Source: an uncultured Bacteroidales bacterium (GTDB taxonomy: Bacteria > Bacteroidota > Bacteroidia > Bacteroidales > UBA10428). From it: a stretch of 64,000 bases of DNA. Shown here piece by piece: positions 1 through 8,733 of this stretch. Every line of letters starts with the position of its first letter. Position 1 is the stretch's first letter. The stretch covers positions 5,353 to 69,352 of the forward strand of contig CAYWCR010000011.1 of NCBI GenBank assembly GCA_964456825.1. The letters are read 5' to 3'. A program made the position numbers and the translations under genes. Under the pieces are notes generated by a model. It made no database searches and was not told where the DNA came from. It saw nothing but the letters and a program-made list of their open reading frames with translations.

Positions 1-7
1 TTCACTG

Positions 8-451
8 ATGTATATATCCGTTCACAGCTTTAACCAGATGGATAAGTACCTGCATTCCAACAACCGAAGTAACCTGAGCGCACTTATAGTAACCGGGGTA
101 TGGATCGAAGGATTATATCTGGGAACACAGGTAGTCAAAGAGGCCCCCAATCAATTGCTGGCCGAAAGGATCGGTGAGCAAAAAATAACCCTGAATGAAT
201 TGATCCTTATCCTTGAAAACTTCAAGGCTGACAAACAATACGCTAAGCTGATCAATGAACTTATGCTGATCAAGAACGAATACAAAGATGTAAATATTAA
301 GATCGAAAAAGGCGAGCCCGAAGCGATCGAAGAAAACGGTATGCTCACCATTATTCAGAACGATAAAAGTATTGTTGAAATCAGTGACGATCAGTTAAAA
401 AGCATTATTAGTACCACCGAAGAAGTCCGTAACAGGTTAATCAGCTTATAA
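8..451 (+). CDS. hypothetical protein (N-terminus may lie off-window)
   Basis: 147-aa ORF. The frame is open back to the window edge (nt 2-7 have no stop). No recognisable motif. The stop lies 2 nt before the next ORF start, suggesting an operon. Confidence 0.45.
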   Translation: MYISVHSFNQMDKYLHSNNRSNLSALIVTGVWIEGLYLGTQVVKEAPNQLLAERIGEQKITLNELILILENFKADKQYAKLINELMLIKNEYKDVNIKIEKGEPEAIEENGMLTIIQNDKSIVEISDDQLKSIISTTEEVRNRLISL

Positions 452-453
452 GT

Positions 454-894
454 ATGAAAAAAATAGCTTCCATTCTATTATTCATCTCTTTGTCCTGTGC
501 CATTTCCGTTCGTGCACAGGATATATCACAACTTACGGCGCAGTGTGCTGCCAATGCGGGAGATGTCATGTATCTCAAAGATTTCATTGTTAAACTGGAT
601 GCCGGAACACCTGGAGGTGCGCCCCCCACGGCAAGATTTGCCCTGCTGCTGAGCAAAAGTGTCGTATACAGATTTTCCATCTGTACGGCTCCAAATTCTG
701 AAGGGGAAGCTGTTTTGCAGCTTTTCGACATGAATACATTGCTGGGAAGTACTTTTATCAGTGCCACCGGAAAAGATTTTCCCTATTTTGATTTTAAATG
801 CCAGAAAACCGGAGTCTATCATGTATTTATATCCTTCAAGGAAGGGAAGGCCGGTGATGGCGTCGGCGTTTTATCCTATGTTAAAAAGCTCTGA
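454..894 (+). CDS. secreted hypothetical protein
   Basis: N-terminal signal peptide MKKIASILLFISLSCAISVRAQ. No catalytic motif recognised. Followed by a hairpin terminator. Confidence 0.6.
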   Translation: MKKIASILLFISLSCAISVRAQDISQLTAQCAANAGDVMYLKDFIVKLDAGTPGGAPPTARFALLLSKSVVYRFSICTAPNSEGEAVLQLFDMNTLLGSTFISATGKDFPYFDFKCQKTGVYHVFISFKEGKAGDGVGVLSYVKKL

Positions 895-918
895 TCACCG
901 ATCAGCCAAAATACAGCA

Positions 919-950
919 AACCGGCACTGTCCTACAATGCCGGTTTTTTT
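919..950 (+). terminator. rho-independent terminator
   Basis: Stem aaccggca (919-926) pairs with tgccggtt (938-945), followed by a T7 run, 25 nt after the stop at 894. Confidence 0.65.
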
Positions 951-1025
951 ATTGTATTTTTCATCTTCCATATCAATAATAACCACGGGACCACTGACCA
1001 GAAAAAAATATACCCTGGCAGGGCA

Positions 1026-2045
1026 CTAAAAGCTGTAATGTCCGGGAATAAAGCCAAACCAGCCATCGGCAACAACCAGCACAAATCCTGCCGCGAGCAA
1101 AACCAGCAGCAGATTATTGAAACGGGTATTGTTGCAGCTTGCGAAATAATTGCTCACCAGATAAGCAAGGGATATGCCTCCACTATAAAAAATTTCATGG
1201 CCCGCAGAGGGTATAATCAGTACCGTTATAACACTCATCAGAAACATCCAGAGGAAAAAAATAAAAAATACCCTGGATTGAATTTTTCGGATCCCGATGG
1301 TTCGGATCATGTGAAAACTTCCGATAACAACCAGAACAGCAAGGTATCCATAAAAAACCAGCTGTATGGTTGAATAGTCATGGGTGATGCCCGAAACGGA
1401 GAATACCCTGCGGAATTCCTCCAGCATTAAATTCACAGGCTGATCGGTCAGGAACAGGTAGGAACCCCGGAAGACAAAGGGTATACAAAATCCGATCCAG
1501 GGATAGGTCCATTCCTGCCAAACCATATTACGGAACAGGATAAGGGTGATGAAAAGAAGCGGAAGAAGGACCACGGAAGGAATATATATCATGACAGCAA
1601 CAGACAGCAAAACGCCTGCATCAAAGAAATTAAAGACAAGCCTGTCCTTTTTGAAAGACTTGAACAATCTGTAAATCAGTACGATTACACATAAGGCTGC
1701 AAGCAACGCCGGAGAGAGGAAGCGCAGGTAAAGCAAGCTTCCGGCAATGAGGATATAAAACAACTGGGGCAGCAGCGACCTTGTTTTGAGGAAAAAATAA
1801 ACAGCATTCAGCTGGTTCATTAAATAACCGCAGCATAAAACCACCATCATAGCAAGGAATGCTGATAAACCGGGCTTCGCTGATACAGGGTTGACCAGAA
1901 GCCTGCCCAATGGTCCTGCCAGGGCGGAATCGTATGAAACCGTGGCAGCAGGGTTAAGTAATGTATGCAGCCATAGGATCAAGGCTATGGTCAGGATAAA
2001 TATTTGCAAACCTGCCCTGTTGCTGTTAAAGTATTTTAATAACAT
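1026..2045 (-). CDS. polytopic inner-membrane protein, unknown function
   Basis: 339 aa, almost entirely hydrophobic helices (about 9 predicted by eye). No catalytic motif recognised. Confidence 0.7.
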   Translation of the reverse strand: MLLKYFNSNRAGLQIFILTIALILWLHTLLNPAATVSYDSALAGPLGRLLVNPVSAKPGLSAFLAMMVVLCCGYLMNQLNAVYFFLKTRSLLPQLFYILIAGSLLYLRFLSPALLAALCVIVLIYRLFKSFKKDRLVFNFFDAGVLLSVAVMIYIPSVVLLPLLFITLILFRNMVWQEWTYPWIGFCIPFVFRGSYLFLTDQPVNLMLEEFRRVFSVSGITHDYSTIQLVFYGYLAVLVVIGSFHMIRTIGIRKIQSRVFFIFFLWMFLMSVITVLIIPSAGHEIFYSGGISLAYLVSNYFASCNNTRFNNLLLVLLAAGFVLVVADGWFGFIPGHYSF

Positions 2046-2084
2046 AGCAGCGGATCATTAGGCAGGTTAATACGATTAACCTGC

Positions 2085-2402
2085 TCAAAACAATTTCTCA
2101 AGCTTATTGACAAAATTCGCCTTGGGAACTGCACCCACCTGTTTGTCAGCTACAACACCATTTTTAAAAAACAATACGGTTGGGATGTTCCGTATTCCAA
2201 ACCTGGCTGCAATATTCGGATTGTTATCAACATCTACTTTTCCAACAACAGCTCTGTCTTTATAATCTTCAGCTATTTCATTGACAATGGGTCCGATGAT
2301 CCGGCATGGGCCGCACCATTCAGCCCAAAAATCAATAACTACCGGCTTGTCTGCTTTTAATACAAGTTCTTCAAAATTTGCGTCGGTTATTTCTAGTGCC
2401 AT
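2085..2402 (-). CDS. trxA: thioredoxin
   Basis: 105 aa with the canonical WAEWCGPCR active site and thioredoxin length. Lies immediately downstream of dnaE. Confidence 0.95.
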   Translation of the reverse strand: MALEITDANFEELVLKADKPVVIDFWAEWCGPCRIIGPIVNEIAEDYKDRAVVGKVDVDNNPNIAARFGIRNIPTVLFFKNGVVADKQVGAVPKANFVNKLEKLF

Positions 2403-2493
2403 TGTAATATCTATAAGTTAAAATTCAATTAGTTACATATATATAAGAATGCTATGCAAAGGTATATAATCCATTTTTTACAAACAAATCTAT

Positions 2494-5400
2494 TCAAAAC
2501 AGCTTGAATTCAATTTCCGGATTTTGAAACAAAAAATCAACAAATTCATCTGACAATTCAATATGTTTTGAACGCGAAAACATATCCACCGCTATATTCT
2601 CGGATGCGGACACCAATAAAACCTTAAGGTTAATGTTCCCCTTGCCGCCGGTAGCAAATGATCTGAGCTTCGCATACAATGTTTCCGAGAGCTCATCAAG
2701 CGGTATGCGCAGCTGAATGTTCTTTACAAGCTCTTCTCTGGCATTGCTCAGCATATACATGTTCTTAATGTGAAATTCCAGTTCCTGGGAATCCTTCCAG
2801 GTACTTTTCTGCACAGTCCCTTTCAGCAGCAATGAATACCCCTCGTACATATACTTTCGGTAGTTTTCATAGTCCTTATTAAAAAAGGTCGGGGAGTAGG
2901 TGTCTGTATAATCTTCCAGGGTAAATCCCCCATAGGGTTTGCCATTCTTGGTGATGGAGTTTTTAACACTGGTGATAATACCGGCCACCGTTATGTCCTT
3001 TCCCTTCAGTGACTGCAGATCGCGCAAATCAGCCAGGGTTGCATTGCAAAAGTGCTTCAGTTCAACTTTATAATGGTCAAGCGGATGGGCAGAAAGGTAA
3101 ATTCCGATAAGTTCCTTTTCTTTATTGAGTTTTACCAATGCGGGCCATTCTACTCCCGGGGAGGGTTTTGGCCTGACTACCTGAACGGACGCCAAATCGC
3201 CAAACAGTGTTTGTGTAGCATCCCCCTGATTCTGCATCCGGTTGCCGTAACGAATCAGCTGCTCAATATAGCTTAATCCACTTTCATCGGTATTAAAAAA
3301 TTCATGCCGCCTGGGTTCCTGGAAGCTGTCGAAACCTCCTGCTACAGCCAGTGCCTCAATACACCGTTTGTTTACGATGGTCAGGTTTACCCTTTCAACC
3401 ACATCATAAATATCTTTAAAGGGTCCTGATTTTTTACGGACATCCAGGATATGTTCAACGGCAGATTCTCCCACCCCCTTAATGGCAGCCAGGCCAAACC
3501 TTATATGGCCGCTTGCGTTCACGGTAAAGGCTGAATAACTTTCGTTGATATCCGGGACAAGGACGGTAAGCTCCATGCGACGGCATTCATCCATGAAAAA
3601 AGTGATCTTCTTAATATCGTTGAGGTTCCGGCTTAATACTGCAGCCATGAACTCAGCGGGGTAATGTGCTTTTAAGTAGGCAGTCTGGTATGATATATAG
3701 GCATAACAGGTTGAATGCGATTTGTTGAAGGCATAATGCGCAAAAGATTCCCAGTCTTTCCATATCTTTTCGACAATGCCGGGATCGTGTCCATGCTGAA
3801 TGCATCCTTCCTGAAATTTAATTTTAAGCGGATCCATCATGGAAACAATCTTTTTTCCCATGGCCTTGCGCAGTGAGTCAGCCATTCCCTTTGAAAATCC
3901 TGCCAGTAACTGGGACAATAGCATTACCTGTTCCTGGTAAACAGTAATCCCGTATGTATCTTTCAAATAAACCTCCATCAGGGGAATATCGTATTCGATG
4001 GGTTCACGGCCATGTTTCCGGTTGATGAAACTTGGGATGTAATCCATGGGCCCGGGCCTGTAAAGTGCATTCATGGCGATCAGGTCTTCAAAACGGTTTG
4101 GTTTTAAAGTCTTCAGGTATTTTTTCATACCGTCAGATTCAAACTGGAAGAGGCCTGTGGTATCACCCCGGCTGTAAAGTTCATAGGTTAACGGATCCTC
4201 CAGGGAAACAGCGTTTATATCGATGTCTATATTCCTTGATATCTTTATGTTAAGTAGTGTGTCTTTTATAATGGATAGCGTTTTCAGCCCCAGAAAATCC
4301 ATTTTTAGCATGCCAACGGATTCAATATGCGAACCATCAAATTGCGTTACATTCAACTCGGCATCCTTATTTCGGCATACCGGAATGTACTCTTCCAGAT
4401 CATCTTTTCCGATGATAATGCCACAGGCATGAACGCCGGTTTGTCTTACAGATCCCTCAAGAACCTCAGCATATTTTAATGTACGGGTAATCAATTCATT
4501 TTCACTCTGACGCTCCTGCAACAGTGCCGGGGCCTTATCATAAGCCTCCTTGAATGAGATTCCGGGCATTTCGGGAACAAGCTTAGCCAGCCGGTCAGCT
4601 TCCGGCAAAGGCAGCTTTTGTACACGGGCAACATCGCGTATGGCCATTTTCGGGGCCAGCGTACCAAAGGTTATGATATGGGCAACCCTTTTCTCTCCGT
4701 ATTTCCTGACAACATATTGCAGCACTTTTTCTCTTCCGTCCTCATCAAAATCAATATCAATATCCGGCATAGAAATCCGGTCGGGATTAAGAAAACGCTC
4801 AAAAAGCAGGTCATATTTAATGGGATCAATATCCGTAATGCGCAAACAATAAGCTACAACAGAACCGGCGGCAGAACCTCTCCCCGGACCAACTGAAACA
4901 CCCATTTCACGGGCTGCCCGAATAACATCCCAAACGATGAGAAAATAGCCGGGGAAACCCATTTTTCTGATCGTCTGGAGTTCAAACTCAATGCGCTCCT
5001 TAACTTTTTCATCCAGCACAGGATAACGTTTTGCAACACCTTCATAGGTGAGATGGCGCAGGTATTCATTGCTATCGGAGAAACCTTCCGGAATCTGAAA
5101 ATCAGGCATTATGGGATCACTGTTAAGCCCGTAGAGTTCAACTTTATCAATAATCTCACGGGTATTGATAATAGCTTCCGGAACATCAGCAAACAAGGTT
5201 TTCATCTCCCGCTGTGTTTTCATCCACTCCTGGTGTGTATATCGAAGCCTGTCGGGATCATCAATATCCTTTCCTGTGCTGATGCAAAGCAACCGGTCAT
5301 GGGCCTCAGCATCCTCCTCGTTAATAAAATGAACGTCATTGGTAGCTACCACCCTGATGTTCGTTTCCTTTGACAGCGCTATTAACTGGTTGTTAATAAA

Positions 5401-6714
5401 AACCTGATCTTCATATACCTCTTTGTCAATTTTCGGATCACCGGATTTATGCCGCTGCAACTCAAAGTAATAGTCCTCGCCAAATATTTCCTGATAACCT
5501 TTTATTACTTCCCGTGCCTGGCTTATTCCCTCATTCCTCAATACCCAGGGTAACTCACCATGCAGGCAGGCACTCAGGGCAATAAGTCCGGAACGGTGTT
5601 TTCTGAGCAATTCCTTATCTATCCTGGGCTTATAATAAAAACCTTCGGTCCAGCCATACGATACAAGCTTGATCAGATTTTTATACCCTTCCTTGTTTTT
5701 GGCCAGTAATATCAAATGAAATCCGCTTCCATCCAGTTTGTCCGACTTTTCAAATCGCGAACGGCGTGCAACATAGACCTCACAGCCTAGAATGGGTTTA
5801 ATATCCTGCCTGACCGCCTCGTTGTAAAACTCTTTCACGCCAAACATGTTGCCATGGTCAGTTATGGCCATTGCTTTCATGTTGTCGTTTTTGGCCTTCA
5901 TGATGAGTTTCCGGATATCAGCAGCACCATCGAGTATCGAATACTGCGTATGCAGGTGAAGATGGGTAAAAAGAGCATCCGTGAGATCCGCCAGGGATTT
6001 ATCCTTAGCCTCATCCGTTTCCTCTTTTACGCTGTATTTTCCTAATTTTTTATCCGACAATTCTATAGGCGGTATGACATCCGGATTACGTTGCTTAAAT
6101 TGTTCCAGCCATGGGGATCCAAAACCGGGTATATGGGGTTTGATAATTTCAAGCCTCACCAGTTCTAAAAAACATCGCGCTGTTGCGGCAACATCGGCCG
6201 CCGCATTATGGGCTTCTTCAAAATCCCCGGAAAACAGTTTCTGATGAAGTTCAGACAATGTCGGCCATTTATAGTTTCCGCCCTTGCCCCCGGGGAGAGC
6301 ACAATATCCGGTTGCCTCTTCTTTGGTGCAGCAAAAAGGAATGACGGTCAACTCATCCGTGACTCCTGAACGTAGGTACTCTGCGCCTACGATGTTGCGG
6401 TCAAAATCAATATTATGCCCGATCACCAGCTTTGCCTGAAGCAAGGACCGGTTGAATTCCTGAAGCACAAAACTGAGGTCATACCCTTCCTTCAGCGCCC
6501 TTTCCGTTGAGATTCCATGGATCTTTTCGGCAGCAAAAGGAATGGTGTAATGGTCAGGTTTAATAATATAACTTTTGGCATCGGTGAGCAGACCTTGCTC
6601 ATTATGGCATTCCCAGGCAAGCTGGACCAGCCTGGGCCAGTTGTTGAGGTCAGTAACCGGCGCACGGTAATTGGCTGGTAATCCAGTGGTTTCGGTATCG
6701 AAAATTAAAAACAT
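2494..6714 (-). CDS. dnaE: DNA polymerase III alpha subunit (DnaE) with fused N-terminal DEDDh 3'-5' exonuclease domain
   Basis: 1406 aa. The N-terminus carries ExoI FDTETTG, ExoII HNIDFD and ExoIII HNAAAD. A PHP domain (HLHLHTQYSILDG) follows, then the Pol III alpha core (GPGRGSAAGS, PDIDIDF) and a C-terminal OB region. Confidence 0.95.
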   Translation of the reverse strand: MFLIFDTETTGLPANYRAPVTDLNNWPRLVQLAWECHNEQGLLTDAKSYIIKPDHYTIPFAAEKIHGISTERALKEGYDLSFVLQEFNRSLLQAKLVIGHNIDFDRNIVGAEYLRSGVTDELTVIPFCCTKEEATGYCALPGGKGGNYKWPTLSELHQKLFSGDFEEAHNAAADVAATARCFLELVRLEIIKPHIPGFGSPWLEQFKQRNPDVIPPIELSDKKLGKYSVKEETDEAKDKSLADLTDALFTHLHLHTQYSILDGAADIRKLIMKAKNDNMKAMAITDHGNMFGVKEFYNEAVRQDIKPILGCEVYVARRSRFEKSDKLDGSGFHLILLAKNKEGYKNLIKLVSYGWTEGFYYKPRIDKELLRKHRSGLIALSACLHGELPWVLRNEGISQAREVIKGYQEIFGEDYYFELQRHKSGDPKIDKEVYEDQVFINNQLIALSKETNIRVVATNDVHFINEEDAEAHDRLLCISTGKDIDDPDRLRYTHQEWMKTQREMKTLFADVPEAIINTREIIDKVELYGLNSDPIMPDFQIPEGFSDSNEYLRHLTYEGVAKRYPVLDEKVKERIEFELQTIRKMGFPGYFLIVWDVIRAAREMGVSVGPGRGSAAGSVVAYCLRITDIDPIKYDLLFERFLNPDRISMPDIDIDFDEDGREKVLQYVVRKYGEKRVAHIITFGTLAPKMAIRDVARVQKLPLPEADRLAKLVPEMPGISFKEAYDKAPALLQERQSENELITRTLKYAEVLEGSVRQTGVHACGIIIGKDDLEEYIPVCRNKDAELNVTQFDGSHIESVGMLKMDFLGLKTLSIIKDTLLNIKISRNIDIDINAVSLEDPLTYELYSRGDTTGLFQFESDGMKKYLKTLKPNRFEDLIAMNALYRPGPMDYIPSFINRKHGREPIEYDIPLMEVYLKDTYGITVYQEQVMLLSQLLAGFSKGMADSLRKAMGKKIVSMMDPLKIKFQEGCIQHGHDPGIVEKIWKDWESFAHYAFNKSHSTCYAYISYQTAYLKAHYPAEFMAAVLSRNLNDIKKITFFMDECRRMELTVLVPDINESYSAFTVNASGHIRFGLAAIKGVGESAVEHILDVRKKSGPFKDIYDVVERVNLTIVNKRCIEALAVAGGFDSFQEPRRHEFFNTDESGLSYIEQLIRYGNRMQNQGDATQTLFGDLASVQVVRPKPSPGVEWPALVKLNKEKELIGIYLSAHPLDHYKVELKHFCNATLADLRDLQSLKGKDITVAGIITSVKNSITKNGKPYGGFTLEDYTDTYSPTFFNKDYENYRKYMYEGYSLLLKGTVQKSTWKDSQELEFHIKNMYMLSNAREELVKNIQLRIPLDELSETLYAKLRSFATGGKGNINLKVLLVSASENIAVDMFSRSKHIELSDEFVDFLFQNPEIEFKLF

Positions 6715-6872
6715 AATTGACTCCTCAGCGTATTATTAAACCATTGATAATCAAGGTTTAAATAAAATCCTTTCAGGGTATAAAAATAACCCAAACGAAG
6801 CCAATTCGAAAACTTTGTTAATAAAAATGCAAAAGAAGTTTTGCAGGAAAATCTCAGGAACAGTAAAGAATA

Positions 6873-7448
6873 TTATAAACTGCCTGATCCCGAAGCCTGG
6901 CTTATTAATATACTTTCAATCTGCTGAATAAACATTTTTTTGGTTTCTTCCCTTGAACCGGCAATGCCTGATGACATGGTGGGATTACCTGTCGCCGGGC
7001 AAAACAGAAAAGCCGGAATGCTTTGAATGCCAAATACCGATGCCAGTTCTCTTTCCTTTTGCACATCCACCTTGTAAATGACAATTTTGCCGGAATATTC
7101 ACGGGCCAATTCATCAAGAATCGGAGCTGTTTGCCGGCAGGGAGCGCACCAGTCAGCATAAAAATCAATCAGGCAAGGTAAGCTTCCTTTATAGTTCCAT
7201 TCGGTGGTATTTTTTTCATAATCCATTATCTTTTCCAGAAAATCAGCCCTGGTTATATGAACGGGCGCGCTGATAACAGCATTCTCCGCAGTCGTTTTTG
7301 TGTCACTGACAACCTGCACAGTCTGCTGACTTTCAGTACCGGTTAATGTTTCCTTTTTTGCCGTGTTTTTATCCGGTTGGCTATTGCAAGCCTGTATGGT
7401 AAGAAAGATCCCTCCCACAAAAAGAATTAATAACTTCTTCATGATCAT
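6873..7448 (-). CDS. thioredoxin-fold lipoprotein (TlpA/thiol-disulfide oxidoreductase-like)
   Basis: Lipoprotein signal ending LTIQAC. C-terminal thioredoxin fold with a WCAPCR motif. Confidence 0.8.
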   Translation of the reverse strand: MIMKKLLILFVGGIFLTIQACNSQPDKNTAKKETLTGTESQQTVQVVSDTKTTAENAVISAPVHITRADFLEKIMDYEKNTTEWNYKGSLPCLIDFYADWCAPCRQTAPILDELAREYSGKIVIYKVDVQKERELASVFGIQSIPAFLFCPATGNPTMSSGIAGSREETKKMFIQQIESILISQASGSGSL

Positions 7449-7620
7449 TAGATTAAATATTAGAATGAATGATGTTTCATAACAAAAATCCCTTCAAAGA
7501 TAATGCTATGCGTAATACAAAGCATTTTATTTTATATATTATTTAGATATGTAAATATATGTATATCATAAATTGTGCCAAAAGTATTTCTTCCATGAGC
7601 AGGCTGTCTTTATGGCTTAT

Positions 7621-8292
7621 TCAGGGCAACGCTGTTGTTTCAACGGTATTGAAATCGGATCTAAGTTTATACAGTGCTCCCTTTTCGGTTACCTGAACAT
7701 CAATGATATTCAGGGAAATCATTTTGACCAGAATGGTTTCGGCAATATGACGGGTGGTGCGTGCTATCCGGGTGAACCTGGAAAGGGTAATGAACGGATT
7801 CATTTCAAGGTAAGCAATCAAAGCCTTTTCCTCGTGCCCATATTTTAGCAGGGTGCCCCCCGACTTGTTTTTGCTGTTCCAAACCTTCAGGATTATCCTG
7901 TTGGCCTGGAAATTCTGGTCAGCAACACGGACAAAGGCAATCCAGTTGCCTTCTTCGTCTTGTGCAAAATGAGGTCTATCCTGGCTTTTCCTGATGGTTG
8001 CCTCCAGCACCCATCGTCCGTCAATATTCCACTTCTTTACAGTGTAATAGATTTTTGGCTTACAATATAAATGAGCAGCCGATTCGATCATGTATTCCTC
8101 TTCATCCGTCCGGATACCGGTTATTACACCATTGTCCTTCACGCCAATCAACAGTTTGCCGCCTTCGGTATTGGCAAAAGCTGACAGGGTCCGTGCAATT
8201 TTACGTGCATCGGAGATCTCAAATTTGAAATCAAGATGCTGATTCTCTCCCCTGGCAATCAACTCTCTGATATAATGTGACTTGGTTTTCAC
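7621..8292 (-). CDS. AlbA_2 (divergent AAA/Schlafen-like) DNA-binding domain protein with C-terminal wHTH
   Basis: N-terminal motif ENQHLDFKFE...IARTLSAFANTEGGKLLIGVKDNG is typical of the AlbA_2 / putative DNA-binding domain. The C-terminal ~70 aa look winged-helix-like. Confidence 0.65.
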   Translation of the reverse strand: MKTKSHYIRELIARGENQHLDFKFEISDARKIARTLSAFANTEGGKLLIGVKDNGVITGIRTDEEEYMIESAAHLYCKPKIYYTVKKWNIDGRWVLEATIRKSQDRPHFAQDEEGNWIAFVRVADQNFQANRIILKVWNSKNKSGGTLLKYGHEEKALIAYLEMNPFITLSRFTRIARTTRHIAETILVKMISLNIIDVQVTEKGALYKLRSDFNTVETTALP

Positions 8293-8540
8293 AGTGGATG
8301 AAGATGGATTTGGAATTCAAAATTAATTCATTTTTCCGGTAAAGCTTTAAGAAAGATGTTGGCATACCGGGGAATTAAACTTGAATATGCACAATGTCAG
8401 ATAGATGAACAGGTTTCTGACAAAAAGTCAGCCTAAAAACCTGATGGGTCCAGGATTTTTATGTTTAAGTCTGAATAATGATTCACCAGGGTCAAAATGT
8501 AGATTACAACCTCCCGGTTTCCGATAACTTGTTTTTAAAG

Positions 8541-8614
8541 TGGAGAATAGGGGAGTCGAACCCCTGACCTATTGCATGCCATGCAATCGCTCTAGCCAAC
8601 TGAGCTAATTCCCC
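8541..8614 (-). tRNA. tRNA-Ala (anticodon GGC)
   Basis: The reverse complement folds as a cloverleaf by hand. Acceptor GGGGAAT pairs with ATTCTCC and includes the G3:U70 Ala identity pair. D arm GCTC/GAGC, anticodon stem ATTGC/GCAAT, loop AUGGCAU (GGC), T arm AGGGG-TTCGACT-CCCCT, discriminator A. CCA is not encoded. Confidence 0.92.
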
Positions 8615-8733
8615 GGTAGTATTGATTGATCTGATGATTTGTAGATTTGTTGATCGCTCGATCCAATCCACCAAATCCTCAAATTTTCAAATCATCAAAT
8701 TGTTGGCGCAAAATAAACAAATTTATCCGATAA

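Noticed and set aside
2062-2084. 10-bp hairpin (gcaggttaat-acg-attaacctgc) directly after the trxA stop, considered as a terminator.
   Set aside because: No U-tract follows on the minus strand, and the next gene starts 17 nt further on. It may be a weak attenuator or mRNA-stability element, but it is not supportable as a terminator.
7621-8614. An AlbA_2/Schlafen-like gene next to tRNA-Ala, considered as the edge of an integrated mobile or defense island.
   Set aside because: I saw no integrase, recombinase or direct repeat of the tRNA 3' end nearby. The flanking genes are housekeeping, so it is treated as an ordinary stand-alone regulator-like gene.
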